A stretch of 64,000 nt of DNA. Source: Fimbriosthenelais zetlandica. Its lineage: Eukaryota. Within the stretch, counting starts at the first letter, position 1, and the number at the start of each line of letters is the position of its first letter. A model generated the notes under the pieces. That model did not search any database. It saw only the letters and a program-made list of their open reading frames with translations, and was not told where the DNA came from. This document shows positions 1 through 13,295 of this stretch, in pieces. A program made the translations under genes and the position numbers. The stretch lies in assembly GCA_977030845.1 (NCBI GenBank), contig OZ365115.1:14508001-14572000 (forward strand), in the 5' to 3' direction.

Positions 1-596
1 GTAAGGGGTTGGGTCGATGGGAAAAATGAATGAAGGAGTTTGGGAGAATGGGAAAGGTGAGGAGCAGACGGTATAAGACGAGAGAAGAGACGAGACGACA
101 CAGAAAAGAGGGATGGGGGGAATCAAAGATGAGCAGAGGGAGGAGAGGAGAGGTTGGGAACGAGGAGAGTAAGGAAAAGGGAGAGGGACAGAGAGGGGAG
201 GGAAGGGAGTGAAATAAGTACAATGAACAGAAGGAAGGACAGGGTAAGGGAGGGACTCAGGAGCGGAAGGGGAAGATTGAAGTAAACCTGGTTTGAGAGA
301 CTAATGATGATTGTGACTAATTGTTACACTCTGTCATCATCTGTTAACGTCTACACCCTGTCACCACCCATTTAACAGTGGCACGTCCCATCATACCCTG
401 TCCCCGCCTCTTTAACACTGCCGCTAAACACCTTGGGTCCGGTCCAGATATTCAGAATGTCGCTTGGCCTCAAAACATTGCTCATTGGATGTTGAACACA
501 ATATTCATCCATACATCAGAATGTCCCCAGAATGTCTATTTCTAAATAATCTAAAGATAGGTAAGTTATGATCTTGAAGATTCCTTGAACTTGACA

Positions 597-665
597 TGAC
601 GTCATCATGACGTGAACTCGCCATCTATGACGTCGTGACGTCTGCACTGACGTGACGTGACGTCA
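597..665. promoter_or_regulatory. Cluster of seven TGACGT (CRE/ATF) sites
   Basis: TGACGT at 597, 608, 628, 636, 648, 653, 658; full palindromes TGACGTCA at 597 and 658. Confidence 0.5.
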
Positions 666-750
666 GAGGGAGCGTCTCCGTGGTAATATCCCAGTAATGA
701 CTTCAATTTACTTCCAAATGTCTGCTATACTGATCGATCTGCCTCCATCA

Positions 751-808
751 CGACCTGCAGGTGACCTCTAGCCGACCTCCACCTGACCTTCACCTGACCT
801 TGAGGTCG
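751..808 (-). promoter_or_regulatory. Chain of nuclear-receptor half-sites with DR5 spacing
   Basis: (T/C)GACCT at 751, 762, 773, 784, 795 (11-bp period, differing spacers); TCAAGGTCA (ERR/NR5A-type) at 795-803. Confidence 0.5.
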
Positions 809-1894
809 GTATAGAGCGGGGGAAGGTCTCAGGTAGCCAGAGATCATGCCAGCGCATGCTACACAGAAACAGACAGCAGGAATGGCGCCCAAATCTGGCT
901 GTGAACTGCTTGAAATCGGAACCGGTAGTCATTGCTCCCTGTACATAGCTTCAGATATGAATGTTGACTTTGCATGTGGGGGGATAATGGGGCGGGGGGC
1001 CCTCATTGACAGATAGAAATCCCACTCTCAGCATGCCATATTGGTCATCCAGTATTGCCAACATTCCTCAAGAACAAATTTACAATCATGATGGTGACTT
1101 GTTTAATTGGATCGAGTCGTACTCGGTCTGGGAGAGTCTGAGCATCAATCAATGTAAAAATCATCACGATCTCGTACTCACTGACCTGGCTCATTCTCCA
1201 GGCTCAATCCTCCACCTCTGATCCTGTACAATATATATATCATCAATATGTTGGTTCTATGCTGAAATTTGAAGCCATAACTGGAGAGAAGAAAATCTTT
1301 TATATATCGTTTCTGATTATCTTTGTTGGGATGGTTACCATCAGAAATTCACCTGATTGCCTCTCCATCATATTGCATAGCCGAACATTTAAGTTAATAC
1401 TATCTACTGGGATGTGGGCAAGGGAACTCCAAAGTTGACTCAAATTGATTCAAATATCTTTTCGATTAATACATATTAGGCCTATTATGGAAACTGAGTT
1501 TGTACCAAACCAAACAACCCTCCACCCCAATTTCACAGACCTTTCAACACCCCTGGTTTACATTTATATCATCACTTCTGTCCCAAGCAAAATTTCGAGA
1601 TGGAATCATCGGATGATTGCCTTAGTGTAACCCACCCATTGCACCGCCTCATCAACCTATTGACTTTGAATTTATTGCCGTTGTAACGGGTAGCAATATG
1701 AATTCCTGGCATGGTGACCTATTTTATAGAGGACAATACATGTTTTACCTTCCAGCGTGGAATGACATGGAAATGAAAGGCTGGAGGGAGAGGGTGGAGT
1801 GGGCAAGACTACAATTATGACATTATCTAATATTTAGAGAGATCTGAGCACAATGCCAGCAATGTGAGTAGGCCATGTCACAGGCCACTCTATA

Positions 1895-2215
1895 GGCCTA
1901 GTGTTTGACTTTAATACTGGAGGTCCAGGGTTCAATTCCCTAAGTTATATCTTTCTGCAAACTGGGATATCAAAGACCAGCCATGTCAGCCATGCACTGT
2001 CTGTGGTGAGCCATGTAAAAGGCCAGCCATGTCTCCTACTGTGGTGAGAGGCATGTATGTAAAAAAAAAAACAAGCACCTTCTATTTGGTGGTGAGAGAC
2101 ATGTAAAAGGCCAGCCATGTCTCCTACTGTGGTGAGAGGCATGTATGTACAAAAAACAAGCACCTTCTATATGGTGGTGAGAGGCATGTAAAAGGCCAGC
2201 CATGTCTCACACAAT
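1895..2215 (+). mobile_element. tRNA-derived SINE with 44-bp minisatellite tail
   Basis: B-box GGTTCAATTCCC at 1929-1940, core aactgggatatcaaag, then tandem aaaaggccagccatgtctcc...gtggtgagaggcatgt units. Confidence 0.65.
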
Positions 2216-4014
2216 CTATAGGAGAGGCAGGAAACATTGCTGTCACTCGAAGTAAAACAGGCCATTGTTTGTTTCCCTCTCATCCTGAGAGGAAAATATC
2301 TGACTGGACGTTCAACAATCTTTCGCTCATTCTCTTCATTCTTCTGTCAACTGAACATTTTACAAAACAATGCGGCGGCTTGTCATATTGCTGGGATGAC
2401 TGCACAACAGTTTGATGGACCCCATGGACCCCCTAGTGAGAGTCAAACAGTCCACTGACAGACATTGTCATAAAGCTTTTGACCTGTCATTATGTGAACT
2501 GCTCATCAGTTGCTCATGGTTATGACCTGGTTGGAGAGCCAGATCAGAGGCATTACCATTTCACTGGAAATTCTCTCCCATGTTCATTACTGACATTACG
2601 TCGCAATACTGCTATGCCTAGCCGAGAAATAGATATATTTGTAAAGTAATTAAGCCAAAGATTTACAAACTATACCTTTCCTCTTGATGATATAAAAACA
2701 CCATCAAATTATTATAGTCAGTCTGGCCCTCCCTTGAACATGTGTGCTTAATTTGTAAATTATACCAATGGACATTGACTAAGAAAATAATGTGTGAAAT
2801 CAATGGTGAATGTAGAATTAATGGAATGGCTGGAGTCTGGAGGGTGGAGAGTGGCATGTATATAGCAATGATGAGAGGGGTGAGGGTTGGAGAGGGGGCT
2901 GGTCAAGGGAGGAGATTGACCACTTACCTAGTGTTGATGCTCGCATGTTACAGGCTATTGGACCAGCTCAGTACTTGGCAACAGCCACCTCATTCTCCTG
3001 ACCATTACCATGCTTATTTTCACACTCTTTAAAGCACAATGATTGCATTATTACTGCTTCAGAAATATGTTTAAATATTATTCCTATTTGCATGTAGACA
3101 CATCTTCTCAGGAAGATTTGATGGTGCTGTCGTTGCTCAAGACATTCGTCTTTATTTGTTAATAGTAAATTTAAAATAACGTACATTTGCTGAGGTGAAA
3201 GGAGATCAATTTCAGTCTTGGTTCAGAGCCAACCATTCACTCATTTTATTACCTCTTACTTCTAAGTACCTGGGTGCTAATTTAGAAGAAGATTTCTCAC
3301 GGAAAATCTATAAATTCCTCGTGATTATCTTCTCTGACATTCAAAAGTTATAAGGAATAGATGTTGAGTTACCGTATATATATATAGATATACGTTTATG
3401 ACATATGACATATACAATACAGGTATACAATATGATGATATGAGAGTGAAGACTTGTATGAACATAGCATGACTGGTCTGTAAAGGGCAGACATTGCCTC
3501 CAGACTGAGAATTTTAACGTGGATTCACTGCTGTAATCTGAGCTTCCTTCTCTGGTTCTCCCCACTCTTTCCCTCTGTCCCTGTCTCTTTCTCTTTCTCT
3601 TCCCTTCCCTGCCCCTCCCTCTCTCTCTCTTCCCCGTCCCTCTGCCCCTCCCTCTCTTATCCCTCTCTTCCCCCGCCCGCTCACCATGACCTTCACCGTG
3701 CCGCTATACATTGTTGAAGGTCATCACGTTTATGACCTCGAGTTGCCCTCTGGCTGCTGTTTGTGACCTGATCCAAGGTAAGCTTGATTAAAACCCACCA
3801 TGCCCTGCTTGTAATGGCGGCCCTATGTATCACACTATGTATCACTCTGACATTCAGCCTAGTTTGTTAAACCAGTTCAAAAGGCATTGTTTCACTAGCT
3901 CTAATCTCCTGATAATTTACCGTCCGTGCGTTTGGCTTTGAACTACTGAGGCCAAAATAATCATGCTCTGCTCATAACTTATTGCCCTGTCTCTGCTCAG
4001 GACTCTTTCACTAA

Positions 4015-5962
4015 AGGTGCCTTCCCACTGTCCCGATTTTGACAGCCGATGGACACACGAACACGGAAATTTTCAGGTTCGGGCCTGATCGTGTAAACAT
4101 CTTGCCATTCGTGATGGCATCGCCACCCATCTTATACCCGCCGGCAGGCTTCGGAAGCTACTTCCTGAGAAATGGGACAATATTTGGCATGTCCAAAAAT
4201 TGTTTCATTCTTGTGTCCATCTCGCCCTTCTTAAAGCCATCGTGAGGGCTTTTTCTGACATCGTGTAATGTTCGTGTTTACCTCGCATGAATATCGGTGC
4301 CATCGGGCAGTTTTTCCCCCAGAAGACAATACGAAGGAAAAAAGAAGAGGCCGAAGGAGACCAGAAGAGGCCGATTGTCTTGGGAAGGAAACACGACGAT
4401 GTTAAACCCTCGTTACGTAACCTAGCCTCGATTGAGTCGCTATAAATACATCTATTAAATGTGCCAACGAAATAGGCCAGGTACTGTAAAATGTTAGCCT
4501 GGCATCTTTCATTCTAATATCATCGTTTCTCTTGAAAACATTCTCCCCCTTTCCCCCTCCCTCCTGCTCCATTCTCCCTCTTCCCTCTTCCCTCCTTTCT
4601 CCTGCTCCATTCTCCCTGCTTCCTTCTCCCACCTCCATTCTCCCTCGTTCCTCCTCTCTCAACATTTTCGTCCAGGCTGATATGTAATCCTCCCAAGTGA
4701 AATTTTGGCAGTAAATAATTCTATTAAACAAATCAATGATATCAAGTGACGTTTTAAAAACCTTAGGCTAAATATTAGGCCGTCCTATTATAGGTCTAGT
4801 ATAGGTTTAGGCTTGTCCACTGGATTCTACAATTCAGGTTTCAGATTAGGCTTTGCCTAATCTCAATTACACAGCCATTTATTTTTAGTCTGTTTTATAT
4901 ACCTTTCTCTTCATGCCCGATGGCAATGATGATTCAAGAAGGTAATACGATGTAATAAGAAGCCCTCAGGATGGTATTAGGAAGGGCAAGATGGACAGAC
5001 GAAGTCAACACGAAAATGACTTTCGCGAGATAATCGCGAGGTCTTTCTCCAATTTTTTGGCATGCCAAAGATTTTGAAACCACTCACGAAGTTAGCCCCG
5101 AATCCTGACCCATTCCATCAGTTTTCATACGATGGTCAAGATGCCCTCAAGATGCCCATACGATGGTCAAGATGCCCTACAGATGCCCTCACGAATGGCC
5201 CGAAGGTTAGACGATCTGGCCGGAACATTCCATGTGAAATTCGTGTGTTCATCTTGCCATTCGTTATGCCATCGTCAAGGCATCTTGATTCATCGTGTCA
5301 CCTTCGTTGTTACTTCGTGTGATCGTCGTGTGATCATCGTATAATCATCGGTGCTATTACCTACTTTGGTTCTGAAGCTTTGCATTTGGAAATCGTGTTT
5401 CCATCTTGCCATTCGTTATGCCATCTTCAAGGCATCTTGATACATCTTGTCACCTTCGTTGTTACTTCGTGTAATCATCGTGTAATGATCGGTGCTATTG
5501 CCTACTTTGGTCTGAGAACACAATACGAAGGATACACGAATCGCCCGATGGCATCTGGAAGGCAACAGCCTTCTGGAAGGCACCGCAATAAGGTGAAGCC
5601 ATCTCGATACCATCGTGTAACCATCATGTGGCCATCGTGTTGCCTTCGTATTGCCTCTGTGTCTCCTGTGGGAATAAAATCCTCTAGAATGCATCATGCT
5701 ATTAATATCACGTCGTGTAGCCATCGTGTTGCATTCGTGTTGCCTTCGTGTGCAATGCGTGAATAAGATCCTCTAAAAGTCCACACCTCCGCTGGCATTT
5801 GTGTGTAGTTCGGGTACTATCGTGTAACCTTCTGCAGGCATCGTATTGGATTCGGCCGATGCTTTGAAAATTACCAATTTCGGGACTAACTTCGGGCGAA
5901 TTAGCACATTTCATATTCGTGTGTCCATCGGCAGGCAAAATCGGGAGTGTGGGACCTAGGCA
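4015..5962. mobile_element. Non-autonomous PIF/Harbinger-like DNA transposon remnant with imperfect TIRs
   Basis: Left end cccactgtcccgattttgacagccgatggacacacgaa (4024-4061) matches the reverse complement of 5916-5953. Flanked by TAA/TTA. Interior rich in catcgtg/ttcgtg motifs, with a ~150-bp internal direct repeat (5240-5375 and 5392-5515). Unrelated sequence at about 4400-4900. Confidence 0.65.
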
Positions 5963-6175
5963 TTAAGGGATGATAAGTCGATCAGAAGTCAAATTAAAAT
6001 TAAATTAATCGTATCTGTTGGTGTAGAAACAATCTAGCAGTGGTCAGGTTAGCCCTAAGCAATAAAAATCTTATGCAGCGACCACTTCCCCATGGATACC
6101 ATTGTTTGTCAGTCAAAATTTTATTTAACTAAATTTTAATTTTATTTTTGGTGACAGGAAGCCAAACGAAGACCA

Positions 6176-6244
6176 GGAGCCTATTTCAAAACAAAAATTA
6201 GCCATAGACTTAGCATTGCTAATTTTTATTTTGAAATAGGCCCC
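6176..6244. mobile_element. Short hairpin MITE (ggcctgtttca...tgaaacaggcc family)
   Basis: Inverted ends ggagcctatttcaaaa / ttttgaaataggcccc around the tagcattgctaa core. Relatives at about 9853-9918, 25183-25244, 25730-25774, 30310-30365 and 44892-44955. Confidence 0.6.
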
Positions 6245-6529
6245 AGGTCCTTGGTCCTGATTTGGTTTGAAATGTTTTTTTCTATATAATGCATGCCTCC
6301 TGAGTAAATTTATATAGGTGTTCCTGGATAAAAAAAGGGCCGCAGTGAGGAGTAATACTGTATACAGACAGGGTAAAAGGTAAGAGGATAAAAGAGTGGA
6401 TGAAGCCCTGGAACTGTAGCTGTGAGCTGCTCTGGGACGGGAGAAGAGCTGATGAGAGTCTGAGCCCAGCTGAGAAAGCTGAGCTCGCTTATTGTGCTAC
6501 AACGGGAACAGACGAAACCCTATACACTC

Positions 6530-6760
6530 TCAGTCTGTCTCTGTCTCTGTCTCACTCCCTCTCTTTCTCTTTCCTTTCTGTCTCTGTCTGTCTCTCTCTC
6601 TTACTCTCCCTCTTTCTCTTTCTCTCTCACTCTCTGTCGAGCTCTCTCTCCTTCATTCTGTCCACCCTCTCTCTCTCTATCTCTCTCTTTCTTTGTCTCT
6701 GAGTCTCTCTCTCTGTCTCTCTCTCTCTCTCTGTCTGCCTCTCATTCTCTCTGTCTCCTC
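6530..6760. repeat. Cryptic CT/GA microsatellite (representative)
   Basis: Similar tracts at about 30-270, 3540-3680, 4540-4660, 8990-9320, 10190-10410, 14820-15210, 16660-16800, 18420-18780, 19180-19430, 47230-47450, 50120-50340, 56890-57260 and 60180-60500. They explain most L/S-rich and R/E-rich ORFs. Confidence 0.9.
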
Positions 6761-7549
6761 ATCTGGGATTGTTTCTTGGTTTCTACCTGTATAATACATT
6801 ACCTTACATCATTATCATATGTGTCAATCTTTCTATGGTTGTGTTTCGGTCAACAAGGACATTGCGTGTTCATATATTAGATCTGTATGTCAAGGAGAAG
6901 AGACAATTAGACCTGAAAGCTCAGCCATCTAATTTAGTGACATCTAAAGAACAATTGGAGGTAGGAAGGTTATCACATATACCTGTTGTAGATTGTCCAC
7001 CCACTCCTAAGACAAACAGACGACAGACTGGAGGTGGGGAGGGGGAATGGAGGCCCCAGACTACATTGGTGGATCAGCACCCAGATTACTACTGCATTTC
7101 ATTTCATTTCAAACTTTATTTAAAGTCGGTACAGGTACAGAAAGGTGGAAACATTAGCTTGAAGCTATATTCAACCCTGCTGTAGACCGAGCTTGAGTTA
7201 CCTGTGAACAGAGCCGGGAGCGAGTATGAGATACAGGGCGATATATGACCCGGAAGTAAAGGTCATACAGCTAAACGATGGGTCATTGACCTCCATGACC
7301 TTTCTATACTATCCTATTATAGGTAAGACCTTTAAAGCCTACTATAGAAGTCCTGCAACTTTTCCCCAGTGGCCCTCTTCATACCAAGACACTGTTTTTA
7401 AGATGCTGAATAATAGAATTCGATCTAAATTTTGAAAGAATATAAGATAGGGTCAGAATCTCTGTAAGGTCTACAGTCATGATCTGTATCAAATCTTTAG
7501 GGCAATTCCTCTTCTCGAATGGCAGCAATGGTTCGACTATGGCACATAC

Positions 7550-7918
7550 AGTGGGAGAAATGGCTGGCCTTTTACATGCCTCTCACCACAGATAGAGGGA
7601 GAAATGGCTGGCCTTTTAAATGTCTCTCATCACAGACAGTGAGAAACAGGGCTGGCCTTTTACATGCCTCTCACCACACACAGTGGTTCACACACAGTGA
7701 GAGAAATGGCTGGCCTTTTAAATGTCTCTCATCACAGACAGTGGGAGACATGGCTGGCCTTTTACATGCCTCTCACCACAGATAGAGGGAAACATGGCTG
7801 GCCTTTTACATGCCTCTCACCACAGACAGTGGGAAACTTGACTCGCCTCTTTTACATGCCTCTCACCACAGACAGTGAGGAAAGGGCCGGCCTTTGATAT
7901 CCCAGTTAGCAGCACTGG
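7550..7918 (-). mobile_element. Headless copy of the SINE family: core plus about 7 minisatellite units
   Basis: Repeated ggctggccttttacatgcctctcaccacag units ending in gatatcccagttagcagcactgg. Confidence 0.7.
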
Positions 7919-10900
7919 ATGGAGAAGGACAAAGCAAATTTACAGTTGTCTATACAAGATTTATTACCGTGAAAAGAGCAATTAAAGTTTAACAGACTTG
8001 GCAGGGTGGGCGTGAAATGTCATACCTGGGCTGGCGGGGGCGGGGGGCGCCAGGGGGAGCCACTCATCAGTCATCTAGAGGTTCACAGACAGGCCGGGAG
8101 GGGCGCTGGTGATGGGGTGGGGAGGGGGGGCTGAGTCAGGGGGAGATGGAAGAGGGAAAGGTGGTGAGTCAGGGAGGAGAGAAAAGGGGGGAGTGAAGAT
8201 GGGATGTCAGGCAGGTAGATGGGAGACTTATAAATATTATAGACATGACCTTAAAATCAAGTGTACAACTACAAATAAATTATGATTCCAAGCTCTATGT
8301 GGGCCTTGACACATCCTATAGTTGACGATGACGATCACTTTCTGCATGCATTGCTGCCCCTGAAGAAAGGAATTCTATTCAATACAATTTTCAAGCAGGT
8401 TTTCTACATTTTTTAGAAGAACTTTTGAGAAGTTCGTAAATTGATACTTGCAAGAACATTCGCATTGATTTTGCATATATATTCAAACCATTGCTATACC
8501 CACTGTTTACTCTCAGCAACAATCAATCGATTTTCCAATCTATCTTAATTCTGAATTAATGTTTAATTTTCTAAAAGACATAATCTGAAGTTCACCTTTG
8601 GTGGCCACATTTCCGGTGGTCACTGACCGGAAGTATCCTTCCCAGCATTCCCATGTTAATGACCAGCAGATCGTGGCGCCCCCTCCCGTGCACCCTGGAG
8701 ACTACAGGAGAGCCTCCATGTCTCCACCATCAGTCACGTGACGAGGATTCATCATGATCACGTGATCAAGAGACGAGACTTTACGAGACCTTAATTGTCC
8801 CTTGGCATTTAGCCCCCACTTAGCAACGACCGCCAAGATCTTGTATTATCGCTCACAAAAGCCTGCCTCACAAAGGAGGTTTTTTTTGTTGCTGTCAAGA
8901 AGCGGCCATTTTTATATGGTCTCTCACATGGGCGATAAAAGATGATTATCCTGGAGGGAAAAACATGGCGGAGTGATTGGTGGCGGTTAGGTGGTTTAGA
9001 TTTAACGAGGAAGAGGAGAAGAAGAGGAGAGGAGAAGGGGAGGAGAGAGGAAAGAGTTTGAGATAACTGGAGAAACGAGAGGAGAGGTAGAAGTGGAGAG
9101 AAGAGGACATGGAAACGAGAGATCATGGAAGTGGAAGAGTTGGAGAGAAGTGAAAGGGAAGAGGAGAAAGTGAGAGGACGGGAGGAAGGGAGAATAAGGA
9201 TAGAATGAAGGGTAGAAGAGGAAGGCAAAGAGCTTGATAGGGAGAAGAGAGTGGGCAAGATGAGGATGTGCAAGAGGGGAAGGGAAGAAAGCTGAGTGGG
9301 AGAAAATAGAAAAAAAAACAAGAGTGTCTCCTGACTGGCACGAGTATTGCGATTTTATGTTAGGTTTGGAAAACCAACTTTTCTATTATTTTTAGTTGGG
9401 AATAATTGGAGCAAAGAGGCAGGGAGACAATGAAGATGGAGGGAGAAAGGACGGGAGGAGGTGGTAGTGATAGAGGTATGGGAAGTGAGGGAGAAGGAAT
9501 GGGAGGGTATAGGGGAGGTTGGAGGCATGAGGCAGAAAGATTGAGATGCTCTCATCTTCCCAGGGGAGCAGCTCATCAAAGGTCAAATGTTGGTGGTAAC
9601 CTTGACCACGTTACCACGAACCACAAGTATCCTATTTGGACCATTCCATACATATTCCATATAAATCTTTAGGTTGTGATTTATGTATTGAAAATACTTC
9701 ATTGAATGGGATTGAAAATGTTTAAAAGCATTTCAATCGTGCCAATATCAAACTTGTGATATGTTTTTCATACTGACAATAAGAAGAGTGGGTGGAAGCC
9801 TCTTTCATAAGCAAAAGTCTTATGTTACTTGTTATGAAATGCGGTTGTGACCCAGGAGTGCGTTTCATAATGAATGAACGGTAAATGAACTGTTGTCATG
9901 GTTATGAAACTCTCCTTGGTTCAGCGGTAGGGAGGGACCTGTTGTTCATTACCGTCTCTTTTTACATATTAAGGCCGGCTCTCGCCGTTATTGGCTCTGT
10001 GAGAGGGGAATGAAACTGGTTCTCAACTTGGTCAGAGATATATATGAGTTTCAGTTCCTCTTTGCAAGGTTTGTTTCTGTCTGTATACAGGCAGCAGGAT
10101 TTTGTGGATATTATTTTAAATGTTGCTGATATATTATGAATTAGAGATCTACTTTCACCGATTTCGTCCTGTCTTTCTCCTCAAGTCTTCCCTTTTCAAG
10201 TCGTCTCCCCTATACCGCCATTCCCTTCTCTCCCTTTCTCCCTCATCTCTCTCATTCTTCCCTCACGCAACCCCCATTTCCCTCTCCCCACTCCCTCCCC
10301 TCTTACTCCCCTTCTCCCACCTCCTCCTTCTCTCACCCCCTCCCCCTCTCGACCCCCACCCCCACCCCCTCCTTCTCCCAACTCCCACCCCCACCCCCTT
10401 CTCCCACCCCCTCTCAGACCTCGCCTTGTAACGTCATCGTCTCTGGTATTGTTAAATACCTGACATTAGTCTGCAGGAACTCTGAAACACAAGAAGCTCC
10501 CATCTTGTCTGAGAAGCCTTGTCTAATGGCCTGAGATGGCCCATGTCAAAGAGCTACGGCCCACGTTACCAACTCCTAACTACCTTGATTCTGATGCTAT
10601 CTAGGTCCCTATGGGCCATCAGACGCGCAGAGTGGGAGAAGACAGAAGAGAGTCCACTTCTCTCTCCTTTCCTCTCTTCCCACCAAGTCTCGCGCTGGTC
10701 CGACTCTCACGAGACTTGTTCTGGGCATGCTCAGAGAGGCGGAAGTAGCAGGTGAACTTCCGGTGGTTGTTTTAAGCCTCCGGTATGGGAGAGTTGGTTT
10801 TGCTCCTAATTGCCACTTGGAAGTCGTTGCTCTAACAAACACTCTCAAACTTACCCGAGGAAAGATTATCTTTAAAAGCATGTATTTTAAGCACTTCCTT

Positions 10901-13179
10901 CTTCTTTAAAGTCAGTGATTATTTCATTTAGGACCTATACTGAATTTCTGCTGATTTCTTTTCGAATTTGAATTTCGGACTAGATCTATAGTTGAGAATC
11001 ACTGTACTGCAACATCATTCACTTTTATTTTATTTGTTTAATGATAACTTTCCTAACTCCAAAAAAATTCTTCAAATGATAAATGTATTGAATATGCCAT
11101 TGAAAATAGGAGTGAAAAGAGTGTTGTCAAATTGTACGAAATCTCGAGCCTCCACAAAAAGTATTTTGGCCATTGCTTTATCTTAAAGTTTTCATACATT
11201 TTCTCATTAATTTCTTTATACCTCCAGCCATCTTTTGATAAGGCCATACCCCCACATCTTATTCTTTGCTCGATAATTAAGCCCTCTCTTCTTTCCCAAC
11301 GCCATCCTTACAAAATTAAAGAAAGGAAATTTTTAAAAAAATCTTCTGGCTCAGAGCTTTGCAGACATCTCCCCTGTCTGAATAAATAGGATTATTTCTT
11401 TTGTTTTCATTGAGGACAATTCGGATCTGGACAATGATCCGTTCTTGGGGAGCGATAAACCTTGGGCAAATAATGCATTAAGTCCGTGGTGGGTCCAGAT
11501 TTAGGGTAGGATGGGGGGGGGGGGGGGGGGCTGTGGGGGTTACCATCCCCCTACTTGGAAACTCTGGAAATATCTGGTCTACTCCAACAACCAACGGGAG
11601 TATTTTACTCTCGTTGCACCAACCAACGTTTAATAATTGCCATCATATTTGTCATAAAAAAGAGGGTGCGAAGCTTGTAGAGGTGGTGTTCGTGGTCAGA
11701 ATGTACTCTCTGAAAATGTGTGTGTCTATGGGCAGGGAGTAATTCTGGACCCGTCCCCCACCCCTCCAATATTGGGAAAATGCCACCAAATTTTCATCGA
11801 AATTAAAAAGAAAAGAATATTGTAAGACTAAGGGGCTGCGGTGTTGAGATTGTTTGAATATTCTCTCTGAAAATGTGTGTATTGGGACAAGATTTCATCC
11901 TTAGACCCACTCCCTTGAAAAGGATTTTTCAGCCCCCCCTCCCCCCGGCCAGACTTGTCTGTATAAGGTAGAGCCAGTAGTAGTGGAGGGTTTGGTATTG
12001 GTCTGTCTGATCAGAGACGCCCGTCTCACCGAGTCATCTATCACTGTAATGATTACCATGGATCAGCGTCATGTCAAAAATGACAATTAAGATATCAAAT
12101 GGTCCGCCAAAGACGCGGGTCCGCCTCCATCTCATCTAGGGTGGGCTTTTACTTCAGTATTAGTGAACTATGGCGGGCCTGATGCAGATTTGTCCGATCC
12201 CAAACAGACGCCCGTTTCACACAAAAAATTAGCATAGGTTTAGCATTGGGTCATTGCACAGCAATTCTTAACCTGAATTCTTAACCTGATGCAACAAGCC
12301 CATTGTCGAACAATTAGGTTGCCATAGGCTAAAGTATTGTTGTGTTATTAGCCCCTGTTTTACTCTAATTATGAAGAGCCCTCTGTACGACTGTTTAATT
12401 GTGAAAAGTTCATCACGTGTGCTCGGACCTGAGTGGAACAGAAGCCTCTATTAGGGCCTTGTGAAACGATTGTTAGGCCTGTTCACATACAATCGGGACC
12501 CACATAATGATCATGAGCAAATTTAACGCCTATAGCACTCTATATAAGCTCTTTGCTACGAGGCTATTGTAGGCCTAACCACCAAACACCTTGGTTTTGA
12601 AACGGGCCTTGTTATAATGAGCGATAATGAGTTGATTTGGCAGGTCTTGTACTTCCTGTCAGGGTGATTCATTATAAAATTTGACAAGTAGATGATGACG
12701 GTGCTAGGGCTTGAGAGGAGTTCATACTTTTAATGCTAGGGCTGCTTCAGGCAATTAGTAATACAATAAATCAAATTATTGCTCTTATTTTGTTTTATCA
12801 CCAAAAAGACTTAATTGGCTTATGCCCCCAAGTTTCAGCATAAAAGGCTTATTTCTCTATTATATTTAGTTGATCTTTAAGAATTACAGTGTGTATTCAA
12901 GTAGTTTGTTTTTGCTCTGATTTTGTTTTATTTTGGGGGGAAAAAGTTGTTTTGAGTAGCCTTTTACATATTGCAGTTTTGAAGGTAAAATTTAGATTAG
13001 CTTAAAGTTAGTGGTATCGTAGCCATGAGTGCTTTTCGATCCAAAGTGAATGAGATATAATCTTATCTGCTCATTCCATGTGAGAGTAAACTATTATAGT
13101 GGTGTACTTATTGTTGACATGCTCCTATTGTTCTGTCAAAGTCAAACCAAGGTCACGATAAACACCTGTCAAATACTGC

Positions 13180-13295
13180 CCGCTGATTGGTCGAGCCCTG
13201 GCCTACCGCCGCGCCCTCTGTGAGGAAACGCGTGCACGCGTGGGCGATAATAAAGGACGGACGCGTGTAAGGTCAGGTGACTTCCGGTTAGTTGT
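13180..13295. promoter_or_regulatory. CpG-rich promoter-like island
   Basis: CTGATTGG, repeated ACGCGT, ETS ACTTCCGGT. Confidence 0.4.

Noticed and set aside
5062-5938. ORFs inside the Harbinger-like element
   Set aside because: Low-complexity translations of the catcgt-rich interior with no DDE or Myb motifs.
6400-6520. KPWNCSCELLW...LAYCATT resembling an LRR C-terminal cap
   Set aside because: In-frame stop 18 codons upstream, no LRR repeats, no suitable splice sites, and the ORF runs into a CT microsatellite.
6492-6880. L/S-rich and R/E/G-rich ORFs (also about 8809, 14765, 18264, 19088, 46097, 56796, 60134)
   Set aside because: Translations of CT/GA microsatellites.
11512-11531. Long poly-G and poly-C runs (also about 32818-32838, 33915-33932, 37342-37373) as G-quadruplex elements
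   Set aside because: Run length is unreliable in short-read data and differs between the duplicated copies; no supporting context.
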